Source: Eledone cirrhosa
Taxonomy: Eukaryota
Length of the DNA: 64,000 nt
Direction: 5' to 3'
Assembly: GCA_964016885.1 (NCBI GenBank)
Contig: OZ024751.1
Location: 11,780,001-11,844,000 of the forward strand
Shown here: piece after piece, positions 52,286 to 64,000 of the stretch
Layout: every line of letters begins with the position of its first letter
Position numbering within the stretch: the stretch's first letter is position 1
Notes under the pieces: model-generated
Seen by the model: only the letters and a program-made list of their open reading frames with translations
What the model was told of the DNA's origin: nothing
Databases searched by the model: none
Program-made: the position numbers and the translations under genes

Positions 52286-52870
52286 TGTCTTCTACAATAA
52301 CCTACTTTCACTATATTTCAACCCAATTTACATATGTTATTATTTCCTCAATTCACTGAATGTTTTGTTATTCTGAATGCAATTTACCATTCAATTGATT
52401 GCACATGTAATAAAACTGATATTTCCCATCAAGAAGCCAGTAGTTTTGATAATGCAGCTATAAATATTATCGTATCACTCACATTTATCAATTATGAAAC
52501 GGCGATATAAATATCAACTCATATATTTAATGAATGTGATGATACACACCTACAAACAGCAATTGTAACAAGATGATCTGTTGCTCCGTTTAATATATTT
52601 CTTAATTATTCTAAGCAATAATCGTATACGAACCATGTATCTTTTATCGTAAGTTCAAGAAAACGTCTTTATTTACAATATATCTAGATTAAATGTCGTG
52701 CTTCTCAATTCAATTATATTTCCAAACTTTGCTGTGTTTTTCTTTTCATAACTATTAAAACAAAACACATAAAAGATGCTACGGCAAATCAATAACAAAT
52801 CATATAAATGTGTGCTTCATATGCTAGAAATAGCAGCCAGGTCCCCCTCTTATGAAACTATCGACCTTCC

Positions 52871-52924
52871 AAAGGTAGGGTATATCAATAAAAATAATTA
52901 TTTTTATTGATATACCCTACCTTT
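52871..52924. repeat. Perfect 54-bp palindrome
   Basis: aaaggtagggtatatcaataaaaataa | ttatttttattgatataccctaccttt. Confidence 0.95.
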
Positions 52925-53760
52925 ATACGTTACAACCCTACTTATATATCAGTACTTATATATGCTACTTATATATCAGTTACAACCTGCTAAAAATCGC
53001 CGCCACCTTACAATCAACCTTCTTAGATGAAATGAAATATACATTAGAAATTATGACTGGATAAAACAAAACGTGAAGGTTGCGATTAGAACGCACGTCT
53101 CAACATTTGTATGTATGGCATATTATTCTCTGGGTGTGTATGTTGTTAATCTCAACCAGTCTCCACTCTATGAAGACGTATCTACCCCATTCCTTAGGTA
53201 CTCATAACCTACTCTGAAAGCATTGTCGTTTTGGCATATATAGCATATTATAAAGCACTACAGCATACCACTCCACGCAACATTGCACCGCACTACACTA
53301 CACCACACCAGACAACACCTTACCACACCACCTACTACCCTTTCATAATAAACACTGCAAAAACCAAATTAGATTTTAATATATCACCCAATGTTCTTAA
53401 TGACCGTCAATGACCTTAATGACCTTCAACAATATATAAACCATAAAATTTCTATTTTGCCACAACTTAAATTCCATCTCCTATAATAAGGATTTTTGTC
53501 GTTCCTTAAAAGGTAATTAGCCCAATTAGCATTCTTAGATACCCATCACACACCCAACACAAACAAAAACTTGTCCGAAACCTCGAATTCATCTCAATCC
53601 GTCTCATCTTTTATTTACAGCAATCTTTGTTATTCTGAATTGAGTATATAAACCAAGCGAGAATCTGTGGTGTATGAGCAACACACGGTTATCTCATCTG
53701 ACGTCACCCACGGTAGAATCATTGTAACCCATACTACCGTAGACAGATTGACGTTAAATT

Positions 53761-54700
53761 GAGGAGGTGGTGGTGAAGATGATGGTGAAGGTGATGATGG
53801 TGTTGGAGGTGGTGATGATAATGGTAGTGAAGATGGTGATGATGATGATGATGAAGATGGTGATGGTGTTGGAGGTGGTGATGATAATGATAGTGAAGAT
53901 GGTGATGGTGATGGTGAAGATGGTGAAGATGGTGATGGTGTTGGAGGTGGTGATGATAATGATAGTGAAGATGGTGATGATGATGGTGAAGATGGTGATG
54001 GTGTTGGAGGTGGTGATGATAATGATAGTGAAGGTGGTGATGATGATGATGAAGATGGTGATGGTGTTGGAGGTGGTGATGATAATGATAGTGAAGATGA
54101 TGATGATGGTGGTGAAGATGGTGGTGGTGTTGGAGGTGGTGATGATAATGATAGTGAATATGATGATGTTGGTGGTGGTGATGTTGGTGGTGGTGGTGGT
54201 GGTGGTGATAATGATAGTGAAGATGGTGGCGGTGGTGATGATGAGGAAGAGGGTGGTGGTATTGGTAGTGGTGATGATAATGATAGTGAAGATGATGGTG
54301 GTGGCGGTGGTGGTGGTGGTGATGATGATGAGGATGGTGATGGTATTGGTGGTGATGATGATAATTATAGTGAATATGATGATGATGGTGGTGGTGGTGT
54401 TGGTGTTGGTGGTGGTGATGATAATGATAGTGAATATGATGATGATGGTGGTGGTGGTGTTGGTGTTGGTGGTGGTGATGATAATGATAGTGAAGATGGT
54501 GATGATGATGATGATGAAGATGGTGATGGTGTTGGAGGTGGTGATGATAATGATAGTGAAGATAGTCGTGGTGGTGGTTGTGGTGGTGGTGATGATGATG
54601 ATGAAGATGGTGATGGTATTAGTGGTGGTGATGATAATGGTAGTAAAGATGATGATGATGGTGCTGGTGGTGATGATGATGATGATGATGATGATGATTA
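53761..54700. repeat. GAT/GGT minisatellite with ~60-bp unit (gtgttggaggtggtgatgataatgatagtgaagatg)
   Basis: Direct observation. Confidence 0.9.
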
Positions 54701-55047
54701 CGATGACAACACCTACAAAAACAAAGATGCACATAAAAAAAACAACATCAGCATCAGAAGATAAGAACATATATAATTAGACCGCCATATTAAGACCTAT
54801 CCACAAACAACTCAAATATCTTAAATTCAATCCCACAACAATAAATAAGGGTTCATTTATCAATTCTTCATTATTTAAGATTCCCAGGTGGAAATTTATT
54901 TTCTCTTTCATGTGAAGCATAGAAACTTCGAAATCCCACAATAAATATATTATCTGCAATTATATAAAGGTATGGAGGTTTGTGGGTGTGTTTTAGGGGT
55001 AACATTACCTAGTACACTCTAAAGCGTTGTGTATGCATACATATATA

Positions 55048-55289
55048 TCGTTTCTGAATTTGTTTAGCAAGATTCTTTATCTGAAAACGTGTGTTGAAAC
55101 CGATATTGTTATACTTTGGGAGGGTCATGTTGCCAATAAGAAACACACGCACCAGTTGCTTTCACTTCAATTTATTATAATAAATTTATAAATTCCTAAA
55201 ATTATAAAAATATTATAATAAATTGAAGTGAAAGCAACTGGGGCGTGTGTTTCTTATTGGCAACATGACCCTCCCAAAGTATAACAATA
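55048..55289 (-). mobile_element. PLE-like terminus family B, ~79-bp inverted arms
   Basis: Arms 55104-55182 and 55211-55289. The tail 55048-55103 is nearly identical to 4551-4606. Confidence 0.7.
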
Positions 55290-55327
<38 letters not shown>

Positions 55328-55415
55328 CATACATATTATATATACATATATACACATACATGTATACATACATATATGTATACATATATACGTACATATA
55401 TACATACAAACATAG

Positions 55416-55463
<48 letters not shown>

Positions 55464-55473
55464 TATATATATG

Positions 55474-55507
<34 letters not shown>

Positions 55508-55512
55508 AGAGA

Positions 55513-55543
<31 letters not shown>

Positions 55544-55574
55544 TATGTATATATACAATCTATACTGAAAAACC

Positions 55575-55825
55575 TGTATAATTAACTAATTATAAAGGTA
55601 AAGTTTTTGTTCTGTTCGTAAGGCGCATAACAAGATTTCATAATTAGACAGGGCTTAATAATTAACCATGTTCCCATAAATAATTAATAGCTGTAATTAA
55701 ACACAGTTCAGTTATAACCGCATTTTTGCTTCACCCCTATAATTACATCTAATAAAGACGCCGCCATCTTAATTGACCATTTGTTTCATAGACTTTTATA
55801 CGAAGTTCCAGGTAATCATAACTAT
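55575..55825. promoter_or_regulatory. Candidate enhancer: homeodomain TAATTA cluster plus YY1-like site
   Basis: TAATTA at 55579, 55587, 55641, 55659, 55681, 55694 and 55740; gccgccatctt at 55760. Motif evidence only. Confidence 0.3.
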
Positions 55826-56051
55826 TTTACAAGATAAATTTACAATGAAATAAATAAAAAAGATATCGCGCAGATATAAAATGATGGAAAAAAGAAAGGA
55901 ATTTAATTTCTGCAAGATTTTACTTTTTACTTCATTTTATTTAATTTTATTTTTTCCTTCATTTTATTTAATTTTATTTTTTCTTTCATTTTATTTAATT
56001 TTATTTTTCCCCTCATTTTATTTAATTTTATATTTTCCTGATTTAGTTTTG

Positions 56052-56123
<72 letters not shown>

Positions 56124-56775
56124 TATATATATTTTTATATATATATTTTTATATATATGCACACACACACACGCATACATGCACACACACACACACTTAT
56201 ATATACATATATGTATATATATACATATACGTATAATATGAATATAGATTTGCCTATATATAGATATAGATATGCATATGTATATATATGTGTGTGTGTG
56301 TGTATAGTTATGCATATAAATAATAATGCATTCATATATATATATCATGCATACATATATGCCTATATATATGCCTATATATAACTATATATATGCGTAT
56401 GGTTTTATATATATATATATATGTATATATATATGTGTGTGTGTGTGAGTGTGTGTGTGTGTATGTGCGTGTGTATGTGTTTCTATGTATGTATGTATGT
56501 GTAGTTCATATTATTTCTGTGACTTTAAAGTTTATTGATTAAAAATCAAGAAAAACAAAGACTACGCCATTGCGTCGTTTAATTTTGTTCGATATGTATA
56601 CAAATTTTTATATACACATACATTCCTATATATATATATACACATATACACTTGTGTGTGTGTGTGTATACATATATTTATACACATATACACATATGTG
56701 TGTGTTTGTGTATTTGTGTATATATATATGTTTATAAATATATGTATTTATGTATTCACATTTATATAGACATAC

Positions 56776-56810
<35 letters not shown>

Positions 56811-58216
56811 TATATAAATTATGTACTTACATATATATATATGTATATATATACACGTGTATGTGTGAGTGTATGTGTGTGTGTGTGTGTGTGTTTGTGT
56901 GCGTGCATTGTCCTCTGGTTATTTTAACATTAAAACATCAGCACTAGTTTTACAAAGTTGATCATATCGTCAGAATATTATTTTATATTTTACTTTAATC
57001 TTTTTAAAAAAAAATATTGAATAATTAAATAAAATAGTGTCTTTGCAGTAAATATTTGAACAAAAAACATAATGAAAACCTTAAATTATAGCGTGTTGTA
57101 TAGTGAAGATAAGGTAGGAGGTTGTGTTTTAAATGGTGGGGGTGGGTGGAAGGAATATGTCAGTCTCTAATTGTGTGTAAGTTTGTCTTTGTACGTATAT
57201 GTGTGTGTATGTCTGTCTGTGTGTATGTGTGCGTGTGTGTCATTCTCTAGTTATCGTTCGCTCTCCTACCCACTCTTTCTATCTTTCCTATTCTATTTCT
57301 TTCTATCTCTATATTTGTCTCTCTTCATATGTCTCTCTGACTTTTCCTTTAATTACCTCTCACTCTCTTTTTCTGAGCTTTCTGACAATCTCTGCTCTCT
57401 CACTCTCTCTCTGTCTCCCCCTCTCTCTCTCTGTCTCTTTGTCTCCTTCTCTCTCTCCCCCTCTCTCTGTTTTATGTCCATTCTCACATTCATTTCGCAT
57501 ATATATATATATACATACATATATATATGTATATATATACATTTATATGTATATATATACATTTATATGCATGTATATATATATATATGTGTATGTGTGT
57601 GTGTGTGTGTGTGTGTATCCTTCCTTTCTACTTTCCCTCTTTATATATATCTCTTCTTCTTTCAATTTCCTCTCTCTCTCACTAACACTCTCGCTCTATC
57701 GTTTTCGCTCTCAATTTTCAGAGGCCATGTTGTGTGATGAATAGAGGCAATAAATTTTCTCTGATAATCAAACGCCTTTCAAACTTTTAATAACTTCTTT
57801 TTATGATACAAATTAGCCCCCATACACTGAGAAAACAACTAACAACGTACATCATAAAACAAATTGCAAATGAGAAATTGTAGAACGTTGAAACAAACTT
57901 ATCTCGTTGCAGCCCGACACAAAAAAAAAAAACAAGTCTAACAAAATTCACACATAACACAATATAAATCCAAAAATCCTCCATGAACCAGCGAAATTTT
58001 TCAGTTAATTTATTTTATTCTTGGCTTTATTTTCGTATTTGTTTTTATGTAACCTTTGATGTTGTGTTATTTATACGGCTAACACTGTTGTAATTACTTA
58101 GGCTATTTCAGTCAGTATTTGGGTGTGCAAATAAAGTGTATCACTGAAATAGTGTACAGCCTTTCCACACTACACTATACTTGTAAATATATTTGTCTTT
58201 CGTTGATGTTTTAATG

Positions 58217-58314
<98 letters not shown>

Positions 58315-58345
58315 AACTCTCATATATACATAACTAAATCTATAC

Positions 58346-58436
<91 letters not shown>

Positions 58437-58552
58437 CCTATGCATACATAAATGAAAAATTTAGGAGATACGTTCCTAATTTGTTCATTGTTTTACGATC
58501 GTTTCGGAGAGTTGATTGATCTTATTGGCCCCACCATAAACCAGTGAATGCC

Positions 58553-58584
<32 letters not shown>

Positions 58585-58649
58585 AATCTACAAACAATAT
58601 ATAACAGGATATCAATTGAGAAACAATCCAGCATTTGTATATATATATA

Positions 58650-58727
58650 TTAAAACATGTATACTCTGCTATGTATTGAGTACCTTACTTACTGTGGTTA
58701 CCCCCGATTGAACCCGGAATAACTTAT
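58650..58727 (+). mobile_element. PLE-like family E terminus
   Basis: Reverse complement of 585-662, lying between (TA)n tracts. Confidence 0.6.
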
Positions 58728-58942
58728 ATATATATATGCACATTAGAGAAAATATCACTGAATACACAATATACTGGATGGCCAGGAATTCCCAGCACCC
58801 CTGCTTGGAATCAAGCAGATGATTTGTGTTTCATACAATCCCTCTTATATACTGTGCATTTGAGCATTTAAATTTGGCAGGGTCCATCCTCTCCAGCTTT
58901 CAGCACAAACGATGTTTTCCAAAGAAATACACACACACATAT

Positions 58943-59035
<93 letters not shown>

Positions 59036-59112
59036 CTGTGTGTATTTATATATTCATATATATATTTAGGCGATATTTAATTGCCTGGCTCGTTATAATT
59101 ATATATATATAT

Positions 59113-59330
59113 ATTTAATTAAAATAACAGATTAAAGTTTAAGCAAAGAATCGCTGCTTTTACCCTTAACGGGATCTTCTGAAGATCCCGTTAAGGGTGA
59201 AAGCAGCGATTCTTTGCTTAAAGTTTAACCTGTTATTTTAATAAATATTTGCTCTAGGGTTCTTCTATATTTGATATATATTTGTCCTTATCGAGCTCCC
59301 TGTGGATTTTAGTCTTCAAATTTATTACTA
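59113..59330 (+). mobile_element. PLE pLTR family C fold-back (axis inside the ribozyme core)
   Basis: About 62-bp arms around gatcttc-t-gaagatc (axis 59180), followed by a tail matching 5700-5790. Confidence 0.8.
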
Positions 59331-59342
59331 TATATATATATG

Positions 59343-59612
59343 CAGCGAGTGTAACTCGGAGTTACTGTAGGTTCACCCGGGTAAACACTCGATGTTAAGG
59401 TTCACGTCTGTATTGAGGTGTAGAGTTAGACAGAGTGAAGTATAAAACAAGGACGAGTGGTTACTCCTTCATTACTTTTATTAGTTTGTGACGCGAGTTT
59501 CGCTGTTGATCAGCTCAAGTTTCGATCTGTATCGATCTAGCCAGACACTCTAATCAATGGCTCGTCGGACCTCTTTAGTGGTACCAGAAGGAGTAACCGC
59601 TCGTCCTTGTTT

Positions 59613-59614
<2 letters not shown>
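59343..59614 (-). mobile_element. PLE pLTR family D with short inverted arm
   Basis: Homolog of 14885-15116. 59588-59614 inverts 59441-59469. An HHR-like CCGACGAG...CGAAACtcgcGTC lies on the - strand. Confidence 0.75.
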
Positions 59615-59644
<30 letters not shown>

Positions 59645-59652
<8 letters not shown>

Positions 59653-60090
59653 ATAAATGGAAAACTATATTTATAAAACCATATTTATTTCATTATATAT
59701 ATTTCGGGGATATCATATTAACAATATGCTATGCCTTCATCAGACAAAATACAATATAAACAGTTTTATAGATAAATATATTCGACATACCGTAATAAAC
59801 ATCAACTTCATTTGGAGAGGTTTACGCTAGCAGTAAATGAAGTTGATGTTTATTACGGTATGTCGAATATATTTATCTATAAAACTGTTTATATTGTATT
59901 TTGTCTGATGAAGGCATAGCATATTGTTAATATGATATCCCCGAAATATATATAATGAAATAAATATGGTTTTATAAATATAGTTTTCCATTTATTTAAT
60001 ATTGTAAATATACTCCAAATATTTGTCGAGTGCTTTTATATCAGTTATAAATATTTACTAGTTGTAACCCAACAATTTTAAATATAACTT

Positions 60091-60095
<5 letters not shown>
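59645..60095 (+). mobile_element. PLE pLTR family A fold-back, 169-bp arms, 21-nt spacer
   Basis: Arms 59645-59813 and 59835-60003. The HHR has CTGATGA at 59905 and GAAA at 59943. The tail matches 2848-2935. Confidence 0.8.
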
Positions 60096-60169
<74 letters not shown>

Positions 60170-60187
60170 ATATATGTGTGTGTGTGT

Positions 60188-60365
60188 GTAAAAGGTAAAC
60201 AGAAAGAACAACACAATCGGTACAGTATATGGAAGCAATAGATTAGGTTAACGCTTGAAATAACAGGAAGAGGGCCTTAACGTTTCGGACGCTAGTACTT
60301 CATCAGAAGAAAGAATGAGAAATAAGATAGACTGAAGGGATGCACGGGGTGGAATTGGAAAAAAT
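60188..60365 (-). mobile_element. PLE pLTR with minimal hammerhead, downstream of the Neptune-like ORF
   Basis: The minus strand at 60273-60312 reads tctt-CTGATGA-a-GtAC-tagc-GTCC-GAAAcgTT-aagg. Confidence 0.75.
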
Positions 60366-60741
60366 GTCTTTAAATAAAAATAGCAAGTCCATTCATGTTG
60401 ACAACTCTTGCAAAACTGTTGATGCTCGTGTTTTGTGTATGATTTATTTTTTTAGAAAATTCGATGATGGAGCGCGTCTACCTGAAAGGAAAAAAAAAAA
60501 GGTTTCGTAAAAAGAGCTATACTTGTGCGCGTGCATATGCATGTGTGTGTGTGTGTGGTATTATACGTCCGTACGAAGCTAAGAAGAAATGCGTGTAAGT
60601 AAAAGAGTGCGTGTGCTTGTAAGTACGATGTTATGAGCAAAAGTATGTTAATATAATGGTGTGTATGTGTGTAGACAGAGCTGTGAAGGGAAAAGTGAAG
60701 TGTGGATATTTTGTCGGGAGTATTTAAGAAATTGGAGAAGT

Positions 60742-61680
60742 GAGTTGAGTCCAAGAGAGGTATAGGACACAAGGCGGTAAATCAGACTCCGTTCAGTCCT
60801 GGTGCGCGAGGCCTGTGTTGAGACATGCAGGGAAGAATGACCAGGAGAACGGAAATAAAGGGCGACAGGAGTATCCAAACCGAGTCGTTTGTCCCTCAAA
60901 TGCTCAGCAAAACCCTCCGCCATACGACGTCCCGTTTGTCCGATGTATAATGACCCGCAAAGGGAACACCGCAGGGCATAGACAACGTGGGTGGATGCGC
61001 AGGTGAAGGAGAGGTGGATACGGAATGACCTGTTAGGGCCTGTAAGTGTGGTGAGGGTGGAAATGAAGGGACAAGTGTTGCAGCGGGGACGAGAAGAACG
61101 ATGAGAGCCGGGTGGAGTCGTAGGAGAAGACAAGAAGGAACTGCGTACCAGGAGGGCGCGGAGGTTACAGGCGCGCTTAAATGTGGTAATGGATGGATTT
61201 GGAAAAAGCGAGAAGTGACGGGGTCAGAATAGAAGGGGCGGAAGGAACGGAGGATATGTCGCCGGAGTTGTAGGGTGATGGGCTGATAGGTGAGAGGGAA
61301 AGGAAGGCGGGTGTTTGGGTGAGGTGAGAGGGCTGTGGTGCGGTCTGTTTCACGGGCGCGGGTGGGAGCAGCTTGGATCAGATTGTGGTTATCCATGTTG
61401 GATGAAGCGGGAAGCCATGTGAAGGGAATGGGTTTCGAAATCGTCATCCTGGCTACAGAGCTACGAAGACGGAGGAATTGGGAATAGGGTTTGGTGTGGG
61501 TTGGATGGGAGGAGGTGAAGTCGAGGTAAGAGTGGGCGTCGGTTGGTTTATAGAAGATGGAAGTAGGGAGTGTGTGTTGAGAGTGATTGATATATAGAGA
61601 GATATCTAGAAAAGGGACAGAAGAATCGGAGACGGAGGTGGTGATGGTGAGAGCAGGATGGAAAGATTGGACAACAGGTA
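60742..61680 (-). pseudogene. Decayed Penelope-like retroelement (Neptune-like): RT C-terminus, Cys linker, GIY-YIG
   Basis: VPFLDISL, IFYKPTDAHSYLDFTSSHP, PYSQFLRLR, RPRCNTCPF, VVYALRCSLCGSLYIGQTGRR...EHLRD and LIYRL...GLN, with frameshifts between blocks. Confidence 0.92.
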
Positions 61681-61764
61681 AAAAGCAGACGTGATAGAGA
61701 GATGGCACCGTTACAGTCGTAGATATAACGTATATAAAAGAGCGAGAGACAGAGAGAGAGAGAC

Positions 61765-61838
<74 letters not shown>

Positions 61839-62617
61839 ATGTGGGGGGTTTGAGAAAAAAATTGAAGAAGAATTAATCCCTGTACTGGTTTGGTGTTATA
61901 CTTATCGACCTTGAAATTTCGAAATACAATGTTGAACTCACTGTGATTTGAACACATTCTGTCCCAGGTCATAAACATTTAATGTAAATTTCCTTCAATT
62001 TATCAAACTTTGAGGTAAAACAAGCGAACATTCCGAGGAATGTAACAGGCGACAGACTTCTATCTTAAACAGTGGGAGGTGATTCCTCTAGAAACAGAAC
62101 GGATTAATCTTACTTTTTATTAAAATATTGCTGAGATTTCAAATTTTTCTGATGCCAGTACGTGCGTATGTATGTATATACGAAGACACACATACATACA
62201 AACACTTGTGTATGTTCGTTCATGTGTACGTATATCTGCAAGCATGTATATACATTATGAATGTGGGCGTTTGTGTATGTATGTATAAATGAATGTTTCA
62301 ATCCCGGGCTATATATATTTGTTCCTAAATAATCTATTCAGAATATATTATATAATATCAATAATTTGAATATTTAACACAAAACCAATTTTCTAAATGA
62401 TTTGAAAGAAGGTAGAAGCCGATGGAATCCTCCCCCCCCCCCCCCCGTACTAGTTGGTACTTTATAATGTCAATCCCAGAAAAATAAAATTGAAAATTCA
62501 CTTCGTTGGGATTTGAACACAGAACGTGAAAGGACCTTAACTATTTACCGCAAAGTATGGTGTTTGTATTGCCGCTGAGATTGCAAATCGACTGCCTCTT
62601 TAAAAGTAACAATCGTA

Positions 62618-63232
62618 TCGATACAAACACAAAGCAGTCTAAGATAAGGGTTACATTCAAAATGAAAGACCAGGCAGCGTGCTATATCCTTAAACATCAC
62701 ACTTTATTTCTCGTTGCTTCAGACCACTTAACTGGAAAATATTTGGTGGAAAATTGGTTACAAGCGATAGCGGCTTTTACTTTTCTCTTGGAGATTACTG
62801 ATTTCGTGGGGGAACAGTGAATGGCTTGCATGGGAGATTGCTGGTCTAACATATAACACAATCTCCAGGCATTCTTTGCGTAAGAGACAAATCCCTGGTT
62901 ATTCAATCGTGGGTACATAACGTATCACCTATCAGGACCAAAGAGTGCCCTTTCTTTTATCGATACATATTGAAAGCTGTCTAAGATAAGGGTAAGATTC
63001 GAAAACAAGAACCGGGCAATGTGCAGTGTACTTAATCATCACACTTTATTTCTCGTTCCTCCAATCCGCTTAACCGGAAAATATGAGACGCGCAACTTGT
63101 TAAAAGCGACAGTGTCTTTACTTTTTCTCTTGGACATACTGATTTTGTAAAGCAGAGAATGGCACAAAACACTCTGGCCAGTCATGTGTTCATAACGTAC
63201 CACCAGTTATGACCAAGGAGTCCCCTTTGTTT
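62618..63232. repeat. Old diverged tandem duplication, ~342-bp period
   Basis: tcgataca...gtctaagataagggt...catcacactttatttctcgtt...cataacgta occurs from 62618 and from 62960. Confidence 0.8.
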
Positions 63233-63584
63233 TAGTGAAAATTATAATACCTAATGTAAATGAATACACAAATAAGTAAACAAATAATAATACAATAATT
63301 ATATGCTATTAATTAAAACTTTGAAATACTAAAGAGCGGTAATAACATAGATTTAAAACCCTTGGGGAGTAACAAACGGCAATTGAAGTTGGAAAATTGG
63401 GGATTTGGGGAGTTGGCGAATTCCGTCTGTCTAGTGGGATCTCGATTCACTGAAGCCTAAAGAATAAATTACTAGAACATAGAAGTATAATTTTTGAATT
63501 GCAAGGCTGGAAATATGGCAAGTCAAAGGAGGTGTTTAAAATATTTTCTTAATTCCGGGCAGTGCAACAGCTGCTGCTGCTGCT

Positions 63585-63607
63585 GGTATAGTAGTGGTCG
63601 TAGTAGT

Positions 63608-63698
<91 letters not shown>

Positions 63699-63750
63699 AT
63701 AGCAGTAGTAGTAGCAGCAGCAGTATTATTATTATTATTATTGTTGTTAT
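63585..63750. repeat. Compound (TAG)n/(TAT)n microsatellite
   Basis: Direct observation. Confidence 0.9.
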
Positions 63751-64000
63751 TCCTTGAATCTCAGTCATTGATGTTGGTTAACTGGAAAGTCCGTTGGATT
63801 GAATATCAAGCCACTACCTGCAGCCTCAGATATTCAGGACGTATCGGAGGGTTCTTGCTGTTCCAAGCAAGCATGCCTTTTGAAGCGTTCCAAAAAGCGT
63901 GAAGGGGCCGATTTTCTTTAACCATCCCTGGAAACTTTTGGAGATAGTCCCCAGTGCGCCTATGACAATCGGGATCACTTTGACTTCATGGCAGTTCCAA
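63750..64000 (-). mobile_element. 3' end of a Dong/R4-clade non-LTR retrotransposon (restriction-like endonuclease C-terminus)
   Basis: Minus strand 63999-63826 translates WNCHEVKVIPIVIGALGTISKSFQGWLKKIGPFTLFGTLQKACLLGTARTLRYVLNI*, which is absent from the ORF track. A short 3' UTR runs into (TAA)n. Confidence 0.9.

Noticed and set aside
53699-53745. Possible pre-miRNA hairpin acggtag...ctaccgt next to a CRE site tgacgtca
   Set aside because: The stem is too short for a pre-miRNA and I recognised no known mature sequence such as miR-10. One 8-mer is expected by chance.

Overview
AT-rich, microsatellite-saturated animal genomic DNA with no complete host gene. It is probably intergenic or intronic. 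The SINE types and the (TA)n/(GGT)n load suggest an octopod cephalopod, which is an inference from recall and not a database result. Recognisable content: (1) a 5'-truncated L1/Tx1-clade LINE with an open ORF2 (8441-10343) and two more copies, all abutting (TATC)n; (2) two decayed Penelope-like retroelement (PLE) RT/GIY-YIG bodies (3430-4507 +, Naiad-like; 60742-61680 -, Neptune-like); (3) about a dozen short PLE pseudo-LTR pieces of at least five families, lodged in (TA)n. Many form long fold-back palindromes and carry hammerhead-ribozyme (HHR) cores, including two families with a non-canonical U4; (4) the 3' end of a Dong/R4 element in (TAA)n at the window end; (5) a tRNA-derived SINE that repeatedly forms local tandem or inverted arrays, each with its own target-site sequence re-copied between monomers, plus a CORE-type SINE; (6) a GC-rich RTE-like 5' leader, a MITE and small palindromes; (7) a 27-kb zone of GGT/GTT/GAT/GTA minisatellites that are all G/T-rich on the + strand. 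Nearly all ORFs in the supplied track are simple-repeat artefacts. The best leads are the HHR-bearing palindromic PLE termini with fixed breakpoints, the TATC-specific Tx1 and the SINE-plus-target-site satellites.
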